From contig OZ286460.1 in NCBI GenBank assembly GCA_965644265.1, positions 64,914,001-64,978,000 of the forward strand: DNA of 64,000 bases, read 5' to 3'. The translations under genes were made by a program, and so were the position numbers. Positions 63,398 through 64,000 of this stretch are shown piece by piece. Position 1 is the stretch's first letter; each line of letters starts with the position of its first letter. Under the pieces are notes generated by a model that searched no databases, had not been told where the DNA came from, and saw only the letters and a list, made by a program, of their open reading frames with translations. The DNA comes from Glycera tridactyla. Its lineage: Eukaryota.

Positions 63398-64000
63398 CAT
63401 ACCCACTCCACATTATTTAATCACGTGACAAAAGCTCAAGTTCAATTTTAACATTCTTTATATGGTTTTTGATGCCAAATGTCATATGTGTATATGAAAT
63501 ATAATTATGCGCATCTTTTTGAATGTTTGAATTCATAAAACATGGAAAAACTTCCACACTTATGATACGGAATACGATTTGGGTCAAAACAGTAAGCATT
63601 TCATTTTATATTGCTTTTTTGTACTTTAGTCTGAATCAACGTCTTTCATCATAGTATATCTAACGATTATTTTTCTATCTTAGTGTTTATTTACGGCAAG
63701 GATTGCGTTCATGATTCAGTTACACCCTGTCATTTGAGACCATGGTCATATTGTGGTGTCACCAAATCCCACCAATATAGGTCGAAGCACAAACAAAAAT
63801 CACATCTTCCTCATCTCCATGTCAGTCCCCTTGCAGGGAGATTACTGTCGTGCAACACTCATGTTGCTGTAAAAATACTTAATTTGGATATGTTCTATAG
63901 TACACACTCCACTTAAGGGTGAGAAAAGGATTGCATTCCAATAGAAACGAATTATATTCCAAGAATGAACCAAGGTTGAACTTAAGGACAACATGATGTG

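Noticed and set aside
63398-64000. Polyadenylation signal
   Set aside because: I found no canonical AATAAA after the stop; the 3' UTR probably extends beyond the window.

Overview
Eukaryotic (invertebrate bilaterian, phylum not assignable) genomic DNA, AT-rich and microsatellite-rich, with eight N-gaps. The window holds the 3' half of one plus-strand voltage-gated sodium channel alpha-subunit gene (Nav1/para/SCN family), from the DII-III linker to the stop codon. I assembled it by hand from splice signals and reading frame: join(9813..9844 tentative, 10944..11240, 12490..12675, [15454..15630 OR 15675..15851], 17623..17745, 19238..19510, 22930..22983, 29535..29672, 45028..45135, 45578..45848, 62085..63397). 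The DIII filter Lys (TFKGW), the DIV filter Ala (TSAGW), an MFM inactivation motif and both S4 arginine ladders are present. Main points: (1) a tandemly duplicated 177-nt exon for the DIII S1-S2 loop/S2/S3 start, with the copies only 44 nt apart and amino-acid differences concentrated in the extracellular loop, i.e. a probable sterically enforced mutually exclusive exon pair at a position where I do not know of one in Nav genes; (2) a 15.4-kb AT-AC intron with a U2-like donor at the position of the vertebrate SCN AT-AC intron, shadowed by an in-frame GT-AG alternative shifted by 4 nt; (3) pore-loop substitutions at two positions linked to tetrodotoxin resistance in other animals. The introns contain a pair of decayed paralogous coding sequences, a tRNA-derived SINE with a perfect 13-bp target-site duplication, a MITE-like inverted repeat and 86-nt and 42-nt tandem arrays. 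Nearly all ORFs in the supplied track are spurious.
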